Shown piece after piece: positions 14,173 to 28,400 of a stretch of 64,000 bases of DNA. Each line of letters begins with the position of its first letter. The first letter of the stretch is position 1. Made by a program: the position numbers and the translations under genes. Location: the NCBI RefSeq assembly GCF_009914755.1, contig NC_060929.1; one strand, 5' to 3'. The notes below the pieces were generated by a model. That model worked only from the letters and a program-made list of their open reading frames with translations. It searched no databases and was not told the DNA's origin. This DNA comes from the human T2T-CHM13v2.0 reference genome, Homo sapiens.

Positions 14173-15208
14173 CTGGCCAGGCCATTTGGGGGGCTCCGCC
14201 GCTCAGCCGCCGCCGCCTTGGGAGGGGAAACAGAGCCCGCTGGAAAACCGGAAACAGCGTAACGTTAGCGCCTCTTAGCCCTCCACCGGCAGCCCGGGGA
14301 GGTGGCCCAGCTAGGGCAGGGGGCAGGCGGCAAGCGGGCCGCGATGCGCAGCGCGGCGCAGCGCAGCGCTCCCACCCTGTGCGCCAGGACCTGGAGGAGG
14401 ATGCGGAGGATGGGACGCCCGCCCACTTGCTCTCTCGCGCCCCCTCTGCCCCCGGACCGAGTAGGGAGCGCGGCTTCTGCAGGGGAAGCTTGGGACTGCA
14501 CTGCTTTAGTGCCCGCCTTCAGCCCGCAGGGGCGCGGGAGGAATCGTGCCACCCTTTGCTCCCGGGATTTATCGGCATGACAGTGGGGGTGGTGCGTGAG
14601 GAGAAGGCGAAGAAGAGATAACGGGCTCCTGGCACCATCCTATGAACGTGGTAATGGGACGCAGGGCGTGCCCCCTGCCTTTGGCCAGCAGCTGTAGGAG
14701 CCAGAGAGGTTGCCATGGCCAGGGTGGCCGGCCAGCCTCTCGCCTCTTGGGCTGTCCTCTTTCCTAGGAGGACCCTGGAGCCCAGCCCCTAAATGATACC
14801 ACGTGCTCGGTCCTGCCACCGCCTGGTGAACGCTGGATATTCGACTTGAGGTGGGGGAGAATCCCAGCCCCGTCATTTTGGAAAGAGTTGGGCCACAAGG
14901 TGTCTTGTCTTAGCATTGAGGACACCCAAGCAGAGGTGGTAGCTGAGAAAGGGCCCAGTCCCCAACACTCTGGGCTTTCTTCAGCGGCCACGTGGGGATC
15001 TGGCTGAGCACTGTACAACCTCATCTTTTAAAAATCTGATCTCTAAGAAAGGTGGGGGGCTTCTTGGGAGCCAACAGAGAGCCAGAGCCTGTCAGGGCCA
15101 GAGGCTGCTCCATAAAAAAGGTTTTTTTTGTTTTGTTTTGTTTTGTTTCCAAGGCTGATGCTTGCAAGAGGCAGAAGAGTTTGCTGCACTGGAGCCAGCA
15201 TCTGATTT

Positions 15209-15212
<4 letters not shown>

Positions 15213-15242
<30 letters not shown>
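15213..15242. repeat. (CA)n microsatellite upstream of NRG2
   Basis: About 15 CA units seen directly. Confidence 0.95.
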
Positions 15243-15245
<3 letters not shown>

Positions 15246-15449
15246 CCATAATCCATTAGCCTATCAATGAGGGTCCAGGGAGTTTTCAACACCCAGCTTT
15301 TAACCTTGAAGGATGTGGAGCTCAGGAATGCCAGTGAGCTCTTGGGGAATTTTATACCGCACTGGGCTCCACAGGAAACTGGTCCAAGGATGAGTGACTT
15401 AGGCTAGGACTGCTATTCTGGAAAGGAAGTAGAGAGAGCTACACCTTTC

Positions 15450-16350
15450 CTCCTAGCTAAGAGACATCTTAAACTCAATACATCCAAAGCCAACATCATT
15501 ATTTCTTCCACTTCACTCCAAATCCCCTATAATTATTAATGCCACTGTTTTATTCTTTTAGACTACATCAATCCATTACAATAAGTCCCTTCATCTCATC
15601 TTTTATTCTTCCTCATCCAATTAATCACCAAGGCCTTTGGGTCTCTCTTTTAAAATAATCTCCAATTTATCTACTTCCACTCCAACTCTGCTGCAAATAC
15701 CTTAAGTCCAAGCCCTCATCATCTCTCACCTGGACAACTTCTAAGCCTTCTAACTGGTCTCCACTCCTTTCACCTCATCACCTATCTCCAGTCCTACCAA
15801 TGCCAGAGTGATCCTTCTAAAAATAAAATGTAAGTACAATTTGGCCATGCTACTGCTCTCAGAAGTTAAGTTCAAACTCCTCAGCAAGGCTCTTCATGGG
15901 CTCCCTTTGCCTAGCCAGCTTCATATCCTGAGAGCCAACCCCCCACTCTAGCAATCCTCAGCACTTCATGCTCTTTCTTGGTGTGCTTCTGCACATGATG
16001 TCTCTTGTGTCCAGAAAGCCTCACCTCCACCTTGACCACATGGAAAACTTATTTTCCCAAGGCCCAGCTCAGCATTATACCGCATCCCCCTTCCTACATA
16101 TCCACCTCTACTCCCACCAACACATACATGATGGAATTAATCCCTTCCTCCTCTGTATTGCCATGAGCTTCACACATAGTATTACTGTTGGGATACTGGC
16201 CCATACCGTATTTCAAGCAGCCATTTAATGGGTCTGCATCTCCCATCAGGCCAGGCACGTTAATGTCAGGGACTATATATATCCTATTCATCTTTGGATT
16301 CCTATTACCTCCAACACAATGCCTGGCATAAAATAAGGATTAGCAAATCT
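15450..16350 (+). mobile_element. L2 3' fragment
   Basis: ccaagccctcatcatctctcacctggac and an L2-type end acacaatgcctggcat. Confidence 0.7.
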
Positions 16351-17306
16351 CCAGTGAAAGAAGGAGAGAAGGAAGAAAATAACTGAAAATCGGCACGCTT
16401 AAAGGCATCAAGCCAATCTTCTTGGCTCCTTCAGTGTCCCCCATTTCATTTTCATAGATCACAGACCTCATAAATCACAAAACATCACCATAAGGAAGAT
16501 AGCGACATCCACTCTTTCATTTTACAATGAAAGAAAAAGTCCCAGAGGGGATAGGGGACTTACTCAACATTTCACACAGCCAGGACTGAACTCAGTCTTC
16601 TGTTCCTGAGACCAGGGTCATAGTGAAGAGCTTGTGCTCTGGAGCCCAGCAGAGCTGGGTTTTAAAGCAACTCTGTGACTTACCAACTTTGGGATGAGTC
16701 TATTTCACTCTCTAGGCCTTAGTTTCCTTATCAGTATGAAGGAGAAAATAATAGGGTCTACTTCGTAAAGCTGTTTTTTGCTCAGTATGTACTTTCAATA
16801 AATATTCAATTGAATGGCTCCTCTGTGCCAAGCACTGAGGCACTGTATGTTACTGGATGTACTGTGGTGAACCAAACTGTTCAATAGTACATGTCTGTGC
16901 TCTCAAAGCTCATACTCTGACTGGGAAGACAACAGTAAATAAGTACACAAATGGGTAACTAATTACTTGTATTGCTGAGTGTCCTGAAGGAAATAAACAG
17001 GATGAAATGCTAGAGAATAATGGAAAGGGGAGAGGATAGGTCTACTTGGATAAGGGAAGGCTTCTCTGAGGAGATAACATTTAAGCTGAGACTAGAAGGA
17101 TGATGAGGATGTGGATTATGTGAGATAATATGTAAAGTGCTTAGAACAATGTCTGGTGCACAGTAAGGGCCAAAATTAAAGTTGAAGATTACTAATATTT
17201 TACTTATACTGGTGGTTCCCAATCTAAGAGCTGAGAATCTCTAAGTGGTATTTATTTTCTGTATATTAAAAATATTCACTAGGATTTTCTGTATATTAAA
17301 AAATGC

Positions 17307-17602
17307 GGCTGGGTGCAGTGGCTCATGCCTGTAATCTTAGCACTTTGGTAGGCTGAGTGGGGTGGATCACTTGAGGTCAGGAGTTCAAGACTAACCTGGC
17401 CAACATGGTGAAACCCCATCTTTACTACTACCAAAAAAAAAATTAGCCAGGCGTGGTGGCGCTCCCCTATAATCCCAGCTACTTGGGAGGCTGACACAGG
17501 AGAAATGCTAGAACCCAGGAGGCAGAGGTTGCAGTGAGCCTCATGACACTACACTCCAGCCTGGGCAACAGAGCACTGTCTCAAAAAAAAAAAAAAAAAA
17601 AA
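17307..17602 (+). mobile_element. AluS
   Basis: Full-length Alu with poly-A. Confidence 0.94.
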
Positions 17603-17669
17603 GGCGATACAATTTTTCAACAGCACATGTCATGAAGAATAAAAATATTATTTTCCCCTCTCTCTCTTA

Positions 17670-18580
<911 letters not shown>

Positions 18581-19227
18581 CCCCACCTTTTTTTTTCAAC
18601 ATATCCATGTTAAAGTACAACAAAATATAACAAGATATTGCTAAGTGAAAAAAAGCAAGATGAAGAAGAGTGGTAAGATGCTACCATTTTGTCTTTTTTT
18701 AAGATGAAATATGTAAATGTTTGTAGTGCAAATTTACCTTTGAAAAGATACAGCAGAAGTTGAAACAATAGGAGGCTCTGGAGAAGGGCAGTGTGTGAAT
18801 GAGGGATGGGGTGAAAGAAGGATATTTTCATGGTATTTCCTTTTGTACCTCGTGAATTTTATATCAAGTTCATGTACTAGCTATTCAAAAAAATTTTAAG
18901 AGGGGATCCTCTAATTTGTTAATGTTGCTGAATTTTTATCATGTGTTTTTCTCAAAGTCTACTTAAAGTAGAACTACTATTATATAGGATTCTATAAACA
19001 GAAAGAATATTCTATATAATGGGAACTACTATTATATGGGGTAAAACTCTTTTTACCTTAAAATGGGATTCTTATGCTAAAAAGCATAGGGAATTATTTT
19101 GCTATAATTATATCCTGTTCAGATAAACTTAGAATGCCGAGGTAAATTTTGAGACTCCAGCAGATTACCAGAATTCCTGCAGCCATAGAAAGTGGAGAGT
19201 TAGGCAGAGTTTTCTAAAGGGAAGAAA

Positions 19228-19368
19228 GGGCCAGGTGCAGTGGCTCATGCCTGTAATCCCAACTCTTAGGGAGACAGAGGTGGGAGGGTAGCTTGACCCC
19301 AGGAGTTCAAGACCTGCCTGGACAATATAGCGAGACCCCATTCTCCACAAAAAGGAAAAAAAAAAAAA
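19228..19368 (+). mobile_element. FLAM / Alu monomer
   Basis: Left-arm sequence followed by an A-rich tail. Confidence 0.85.
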
Positions 19369-19847
19369 GATAAAGGGGAGGAAGGTGCCTGTCCAGATTT
19401 CCTCAAGGTGTGATGTATGTGAGGATAAGCTTCCGAAATTGGCCTCAGCCATTTAGGGTATTTGGTTTCCTAGAAGGACAGCCCAATTTTATACTGGCTT
19501 TTTCCTGAAGTTCACAGTGAATTAGTATGTATGACTTAGAAAATAAGACCTAGTATTCCAAACCTGCTAACTCTGCACTGTAATTCAATAACTGACAATA
19601 AAAATAATAATAGGCATCATCTATTAATGGCTTGTTGTTGGAAGCTTTGTGTTTATTATTTCTGTGTCTTATCTACTTTGAATTTTTCAAATTGAAAATT
19701 CATAGTGGTTTAATAACTTGCCCAAATGACAGACACAGTTGAGACTGTAATCCAAGCTTGCTCATTGCCAAAGCACTTCCTCACGCACAGCACCGTCACA
19801 GCTCTCTGTAAGAGACAGTCTTCTCTTAGCATCACTTTCTTTCTTCC

Positions 19848-20113
19848 TTTTTTTTTTTTTAACAGAGTCTCACTTCTTCAGTCTCGGCTCACTGCAACCT
19901 CTGCTTCCCAGGTTCAAGCAATTCTGCCTCAGCCTCCCAAGTAGCTGGGACTACAGGGGCCCACCACCACTCCTAGCTAATTTTTGTATTTTTTGTAGAA
20001 ACGGGGTTCCATCATGTTGGCCAGGCTGGTTTCGAACTCCCGACCTCAAGTGATCCACCCGCCTCGTCCTCCCAAAGTGCTGGAATTACAGGCGTGGGCC
20101 ACCGCGCCCAGCC
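19848..20113 (-). mobile_element. AluS with a short internal deletion
   Basis: TSD agcatcactttc. Confidence 0.92.
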
Positions 20114-21075
20114 AGCATCACTTTCATTGTCATCTAAGAGGTCTCTAATTTCCTCAGACTACTTCCACATATACACTATTTGAAATTCATAACACCGAAG
20201 AGCACGTGGGATAAGCATTATTTTACAAAAACATGAGGAAAATCGACAGACGGAGAATTTAAGTGACTTTCCCAAGATCACAAAGCTATGGATATCTTTT
20301 TGCCAAGATTTATCACAAACTCAAGCTCACACTTTTGAATAGAACCACATAGAGAAATGGAAGCCAGACCTGTTCACTATACCGTGGCTTACCACAAGGT
20401 TGTGAAAAAAACTGGTTCATGGTAGCAGTGGGCTGTGTCACTATATAATAATCACTAAGAACAAAAACAGAAGTAGACAGAATGGTATAGACATTCTGAA
20501 TTCAAGATAGAACACCCACATGAAAAGCTTGGCTTCTTTTCTCAGATCCCTCCCACACAGGATGGGCTTCTTCCAGCTTTAGCCAGGATAGCAGGCCAGA
20601 AAGAGCCACTGAACCAGGTTACATGGCTTACTGCAGCTAGGAGAACTGGCTAGTCAAGGAGATCTGTATGGCCTTTATCTGGTCACTGAGTCTCACAAAT
20701 CAAGCCAAACACTTTGCAGGGCAGTCTCGCTTCCTAAATAAAGAAATTTTGAAAACTTATTTTTTCTCCTTTTGAGATCTGTTTTCTAAATTTGGCTTCC
20801 AGAGTCACTTTCAGGTTCTGTGGTTAATTTCTTTTCCTCCAAGGATTTTCAAACAAGGGACTAAACAGAAAACAGATATTGAGAGTCAGAATGTTAGCAC
20901 TGGGAAAGGTTTTAGTATCAATGTAGCCTGATGTCCTTCTTTTACAGAGGAAGGCACAGAGACCATGGAGATTATTTGATTTGCTCAAGGTCACACAGCC
21001 TAGTTGGCGGCAGGAACAGCCCTCATTTCCTGACCCCTGGCCCAGTTCTCTTTTGTCTACTTTTCAAAAGCCTGA

Positions 21076-21425
<350 letters not shown>

Positions 21426-23073
21426 CACTTCACCTTTTTAAGTCTTTTCATTTCTGAGCCTTAACTACTTTGTATTTTACAAATGGAAAATGTATAGAGG
21501 TTTAATAACTTGTCCAAATGACAGACACAGCTGGGACTCTAATCCAAGCTTGTCCATTGCCAAAGCACGTCCTCATGCACAGCACCGTCACAGCTCTCTG
21601 GGTAAGAGGCAGTCTCTTAGTGTCACTTTCATTATCATCTAAGAGGTCTCTAATTTCTCTGATTTCCTTTATTGGGAGGGGCCCCCAATAAAATATCTAC
21701 TTCTTAGAAGTTGTGTAAGGATTAAGTGAGATAATTCATGTGAAATGTTTCACACAGTACCTGGACACAGAGTAACTTGCTAAGAGTGAAGGCTCTGGAG
21801 TCAAACTACCTACGTCTGAATTCCAGCTCTGCCAGTTTGCTTGACTGACATTTTGGCCTAGCTACTTAAGTTCTCTGTCTCAGTTTCCTCAACTGTAAAA
21901 TGAGTAAAATGATATATCTTCCTACATCATTAAAATTGTTATGAGTCTTAAATAAAATAATATATATAACCCACTTAGAATAATGTTCAGCACGTTAGCC
22001 ATTATTAGTTTGACTGTAATAACCACTTTTCTTATTTTAAGCAGCCATACTTTGCCCAAAATTCATCCGTTTTAAAAGCATTCACTTTCATATGTTTTGA
22101 ACACATGCTGAAATTCTTAAGATTGGAGCCTGATGTTCTGCTTTATTTAAAAAAAAAAGGCTTCTAATTGATAGTTCCAGTTCCCAATCAAGAGAGGCCA
22201 GGATTCAATAGTTTATAGCCTATGGCTGTGTTTGGAGTCGAGGGGCTTCCACTCCCCAATTTGCTGAAAAGGGCAGCAGCCCCTCTGTCTGAGTTGTTCC
22301 ATCTGGGATAATAATAATTATTTCTTTGTAAAGTGCTTTGAGACCTTTGGATGAAGAGTGCTATGTGAACACAAATTATTATCTCTTTTCCAGATATCAC
22401 TTTTAGATTAAAATCCAGAAGCTCCCTAAAATAGACCATAGCAGAAGTATAGTCTGGACACAGATATATCTGTCCAGTATTGTCACAACCAGATAATACA
22501 TTCATGATCAACACCATCATTCATTTTCTTTTACGTGTCATAGCAGATCTAACTTGGATTGGGAAAAAATGAGATGTCCTCAAGATGGATGTTTTTGCTG
22601 TTTAACTTTCAAAGATTTCCCCCACTCTGTTTTCCTGATTTGTGTTTTTGGAATCCTCTCCTGAGGTCAACAGGAACTCCGAGGTTGATTCAACTCTGGG
22701 GGCGTGAAGCAGGACAAGAAAAAGGAATTATTTTCTTAGTCCCAAATCCTCATGCTAGTGTACCTTCGAGTGTTCAATTCATCTGTTTCTACTTTACAGT
22801 TTTTAGTTCATGTGCATTCTTTTTCATGTGGTTTCTAGACACTTCAATATCATCCGAGGTCAGTAATTTTAAGACTTTACTTTCCCTGAGTTTTTGTTAT
22901 AATTCCTAAATGTATTTATTCATTCTACCAGAAACATTTATTGAAAAATCTGCTAGGCATAGCACTGCCCCAGATGCTAAAGAAATAATAGCCATGGTTC
23001 CTGCTAGAGCAAAATCTAGGCAAAATTGGAGTCAGGTGGGCTGTTATCTGTTGAGTGGGCACCCGTTCTTGAT

Positions 23074-23077
<4 letters not shown>

Positions 23078-23122
<45 letters not shown>
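23078..23122. repeat. (CA)n microsatellite, one interruption
   Basis: Seen directly. Confidence 0.93.
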
Positions 23123-23599
23123 CCTTCTCCTTTAATGTCATCCTTCCCCTTTGTATCTCAGAGGCTCAGTGCCCCACTGCTCTCTTGGCTTTCTCAATTC
23201 TAAGGGCAGAGACAGTGTGTTTTGCAAATGCTAGGCCCTCAATATTTGCTGATATGACAAACTCAGTCACACTAAAGGATTAACATCTGTTAAAGCATAA
23301 TGCAAAACTCCTTATGCCTTCATTTCTAAGACATCCCATATTATTCATTTCAAAATGAACTTATTCATCCCAATAATATTTTTATTTCATTCTTTCTTTT
23401 AAAACATCCATTTGATTAATACTTATTTTAGAACTTATCATTCAAAAGTGTCTTTAGCGCCTACTCTGTTCCAAACTTTCTATCAGATGCTAAGAACGTA
23501 GAGGCAAATAAGACATATAAGGCCCCTGCCCTTGAACAGTTTACACTTGTAAAGGGAGACAGACACCAAAAGGAAAGAAAGAAACAAAAAAAAATTTCA

Positions 23600-24179
<580 letters not shown>

Positions 24180-24888
24180 TTATAACAAGGAAGAAGAGTG
24201 GTATGGGATGAGGTCAGGGAGATAAGTAGTGATCAGACTCATGCTGGGCCTTGCAAACTAAAGTAAGTTTGGGTTATTTTCTAAGCACAATGGGAAGTCA
24301 CTGGAGGGTTGAAGTAGACACCATGTGATTTATAATTAAAAGAGATCACTCTGAGGTATGGGGCAGAGACTGTCATGGTACAAGAGTGGAACCAGCGAGA
24401 CCAGTTAGGAAGCTGGCAGTGTCCTGTCCTGGTCATTTTTTTTTTTTTTTTGCAGTAGACTAGGAGAGATGACAGTGGTTTCAACTTGTGTAGTAGCCAT
24501 GGAGATAAAGAAAAATTGACAGAATTTAAGATATAATTTGAAGATGGAACCAACAAGACTTGCTAGATTGGATGAAGTGGGCAAGGAAAATAGAGTAATC
24601 ACAGATGACTCAAGTTTTGGCTTGGACAGAGGATGGTACCATTGGTTGAGATGAGAAATTCAGTAGTTGAAAGAAATAGAAAATTCCATTTTTGTCATAT
24701 TAATACCAAGATGCCTGTTAGACATGCAAATGGAAATTCAAGTACAAGTGGGTAGGTAAGTCTCGGCTTAAAATAAGAGGTTAGAGTTAAAGGTCTACAT
24801 TTGGGAGTCAACATATAGTTGGTATTTAAAGCTGTAGAACTACATAAGATGATGAAATAAAAAGGGTGATAGGGAAGAGTTTCTAGAA

Positions 24889-25152
24889 CAGCACTGTCCA
24901 GTAGAAATGTGTGAGCCACACATATGAGCTACGTGTGTAATTTTACATTTTCTAGTAGCCATATTAAAAAGTAAAAAGAAACAGATTAATTTTAATAACT
25001 TAATATATCTAAAATATTAGTATTTCAACATGTACCCATATAAAAAATTATTCATGAGACATTTTTTAAATACTGAGTCTTTGAAACCCAGAGTCAATGT
25101 TATGCTTTATGGCATATCTCATTTCTCACTAGCCACATTTCAAGTGCTCAGC
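24889..25152. mobile_element. MER3/MER33-like hAT-Charlie DNA transposon
   Basis: cagcactgtccagtagaaat...ctagccacatttcaagtgctc. Confidence 0.7.
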
Positions 25153-26347
25153 AACGAAAGTTTAGAGGTTGAATAGAGGAGGAGGAATCAGGAAAAGAAA
25201 ACTGTAAGAATGGTGCCATGGAAGCCAAGTGAAGAAAGTATCTTAAAAAGGGATTGGTCAGCTGTGTCCAGTGTTTATAAGAGGCTGAGTAAGATGAGAA
25301 GTGGCAATAGAATTCAGCAACATGGAGGTCACTAATGACCTTGACTAAAGCTGCTTCAGTGGAGTGATGGCTTCCTGGAAGGAAGCCAGAATGGAGTCAA
25401 TGAAAGGTAAGGAAGTGGTGCCAGCCAGTATAAACAACTGTTTCAAAAACTTTGGCTGTGCAGAGGAACAGAGAAATGAGCACTAGTTGGAGGGGGATAT
25501 GGAGTCAAGGAAGGGTTTTTACTAAAATAGGAGATGTCAGAGCATGCTCAAATGGCAATGGGAATGTTCTAAGAAGAAGAAAGAAACTGTTGTGGGAGAA
25601 AGTGGATAGTAAGTGAGGAATGGAAATCCTTGAGAAAACAAGAGAGATGAGCGTAAGAGCACAAAGAGAGGAGCTGGTCTTTGACAAGAAAAATTATTCT
25701 TTTATCAAAACAGGAAGGAAGACAGACCATGGGCACAGTATAGAAGAATGGATACAGATTAGTTTATAGAGCTGAGTAATGGAATCTTCATTTTAACACA
25801 GGGCTGAAGCCATAAGCGAAAACAAAAACCAAAAAGAGAGAGAAAAGAGGAATGCAAGCTGGAAAGGAAAAAGGTGGTATGCATGTGGAAGGGGAAGAAG
25901 GGACACTGTATTCTTCCTTTTTTTCTTTAAAGAAATCCATTTGACTAATATAAGAGAGGATTAAACTTTTCCACGATCTGAACTGTTGGTGTCCACCCTA
26001 CAAGATACCCCTTTCTCTGGATCACAATACCTAGGAAACCAATTTAGTAATCACAAGATTGCTCGATGATCAGAGTTTCTGGGCAAAGGGAATGAATAAT
26101 CTTGAGTTCATTTCATTCAAGGTGTTAAAAAAAAAAAAAGCCTGATGAGCTATCTCTGATACATGTAACAGGGTACACATGCTTGCTACATTCAGCTTAT
26201 CTCTCCCCTGAACAATGTTGGAAACGAAGCGACACAATCTCAAAATCCAGTTTGTGGAACAATCTACCTGAGACCTATTTAATCTTATATCTATTTGGAA
26301 GTACATCTTCCAGCCATTAAGAAAATTGAAAACCACTAGAGGCAAAA

Positions 26348-26830
26348 TGTATCAGGCAGAGTCCCAAGCAGGAAATACTATTCTATTCAAAACAGTTTAC
26401 TGAAAATAACTTATTAAAGGGACTATCTACAAAGATGTGGGCCAAGTTAAGGGAAACAAGACTCAGTAGAGACACCCAGGGGCCTGCAAGAGTGGTAAAA
26501 CATTCCCTTCCCTCGACATACAGGGGTGAGGTGAAGAAGAAGTGTCACCAGATCCCAGTAAGTACTGGAGCCACATCGAAGGGGCCGTCAGGCAGCTCCT
26601 GCAAGAATGTGGCACTAAAGTAGGGAGAAAGAAGGGGGAAGAAACAATCTAGTCTCTCCTTTCTGCTCTTCCTCCTACCCCCATGCCAAGCTTCTGCTGA
26701 ATGAACCACAGTCAGAAGCCAGAGGATGAGGGAACCCACAGAGGTCAATGTACAGGGTTCCAGGCAGGACAGGGAAGGGCAAAGAGTGAATCTGATGGGT
26801 GGGAGTCTGGGGGCAAACAGTATAACTAGC
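26348..26830. mobile_element. Ancient ERVL-type LTR (family uncertain)
   Basis: tgtatcaggcagagtccca start and aaagggactatctacaaagatgtgggc..ttaagggaaac motif. Confidence 0.45.
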
Positions 26831-27344
26831 GCAGGAAGATAAGCTATTCTTACATGAAACAAAGAAGCACCTAAATAGGAATGCCAACCTTGGACTATTT
26901 ATGGAGCACTAAATTTATGATAGAGAGGAGGGAAGGGGAGAGGGAAAGCGAAGTAAAACTCTCATTCATACGAAGATAACAGTAACTCTTAGCTTTCATT
27001 CATCTCTCTTACTAGACCAGAGATTTGGAAAAGGGGGAGATATTATTTTGCATTTTGTTTTATTCAAGAGAAGCCTTTATTTTCCCCTTATTATTAGAAG
27101 GCAAAAAATCCTAGATATAAAAATATTTGTTTGACTCTTTGAGAAAAAAGAATCCAGTACAGATTTTCATATCCTATTATCCTTATACTACTATTCCCAC
27201 CTCCCCTCCACGTGCACCACTGGAAAGAGGCTAAACCTCCAGGAGATACTGGCTTACCGAAGCTTAAATTTAGACAAAAGAACTGATGCAGACATTTGAG
27301 GTCACTAAGCTTCTGTCACCATATGGACATAATCAAACAGAAGG

Positions 27345-27600
27345 CAATACAGCATTGTGGTTAAGAAGGTAGGCTCTGAACCCAGACTGCCTGGGTTTAA
27401 ATGCATGTTCTACTACTTACTAGCTGTGTGACCTCCAGCAAATTACTCCTGTCATCCTCCATATCATCTGTAAAATGGGGATAATAATAGTACGTATTCT
27501 ACAGTGTTAGCTTATGAGGATTACATGAGATACTTCATGTAAAGTACTTAGGGTACAGTCTGCCATATAGTAAATGCTTAATAAGAGTCTTACTATTAAT
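27345..27600 (+). mobile_element. MIR
   Basis: gtggttaagaaggtaggctctga...catctgtaaaatggggataataatagtac. Confidence 0.85.
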
Positions 27601-27706
27601 AAAGCCAATTTTCTGATTCTGAAGTATTATGCAATCAATTATATTTCTCTTTAATAACCTGGTCTTTGTCTCCTCTCCATATGTTTAGATTCTTCTCCAG
27701 AATCAA

Positions 27707-27722
27707 TCTCTCTCTCATTCTG

Positions 27723-27767
<45 letters not shown>
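27707..27767. repeat. (CT)n(CA)n compound microsatellite
   Basis: Seen directly. Confidence 0.92.
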
Positions 27768-27768
<1 letters not shown>

Positions 27769-28185
27769 CAGATAGTGGAGTCCTCATTTCTCATTTATAT
27801 CAAAGATGTTTGGATACTCTTTAATTCATTCATTTACTCATATCTTTATTGAGCACCTACTATGTTCCAGATACTGTACTAGGTGCCGGGCATAATATAA
27901 AAGTGAGGAAAAAGCAGACAAAGTCCTTACTCCTAAGAAGCCTGCGATCCAGTGAGGGATACAACATTAATCAAATTACTACAAATAAATATTATATGAT
28001 ATTTACTATCTTATAGTACACTACTAAGTACTATCATATAGTATTTATTTGTAGTAATTACATTAATGAAAAACCTGAGCTGCAATATCACAATACACTT
28101 ACGGGCATTGTCCATCAGCTCAGGTTTTTCATCATCTAGAGAAAAAGAGGAGCAGAATTCCATGAGCTACAAGTGAGACACCAGG

Positions 28186-28400
28186 CTTTGCTGTCCAATG
28201 TGGTAGTCACCAACCACATGTGGCTATTTATATTTTAGTTGTAAGTAACTAAAATTAACTATAAAGTTTTAAATTATGTTTCTCATTTGCACTAGCCACT
28301 TTTCAAGCATTCAGTCATCATATGTAACTAATGGGTACTGTATTGAACAGTGAAAATACAGAAGATTTCTATCATTGTAGAAAGTTTATTGCACAGCCCT
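28186..28400. mobile_element. MER3/MER33-like DNA transposon
   Basis: gctgtccaatgtggtagtcaccaaccacatgtggctattt. Confidence 0.7.

Larger units (their letters stand above)
12900..14700. promoter_or_regulatory. NRG2: CpG island / NRG2 promoter and 5' UTR
   Basis: Abrupt rise in GC and CpG content relative to the flanks. Contains a GC box (ggggcgggg ~12968) and a GCGCA repeat tract at 14347-14369, with CACGTG E-boxes just outside at ~14800 and ~14989. No obvious TATA box. The TSS cannot be determined from sequence alone. Confidence 0.88.

Noticed and set aside
14133-14716. 162-aa plus-strand ORF and neighbours over the promoter
   Set aside because: GC-rich low-complexity translation, mostly with non-ATG starts; no homology recognised.
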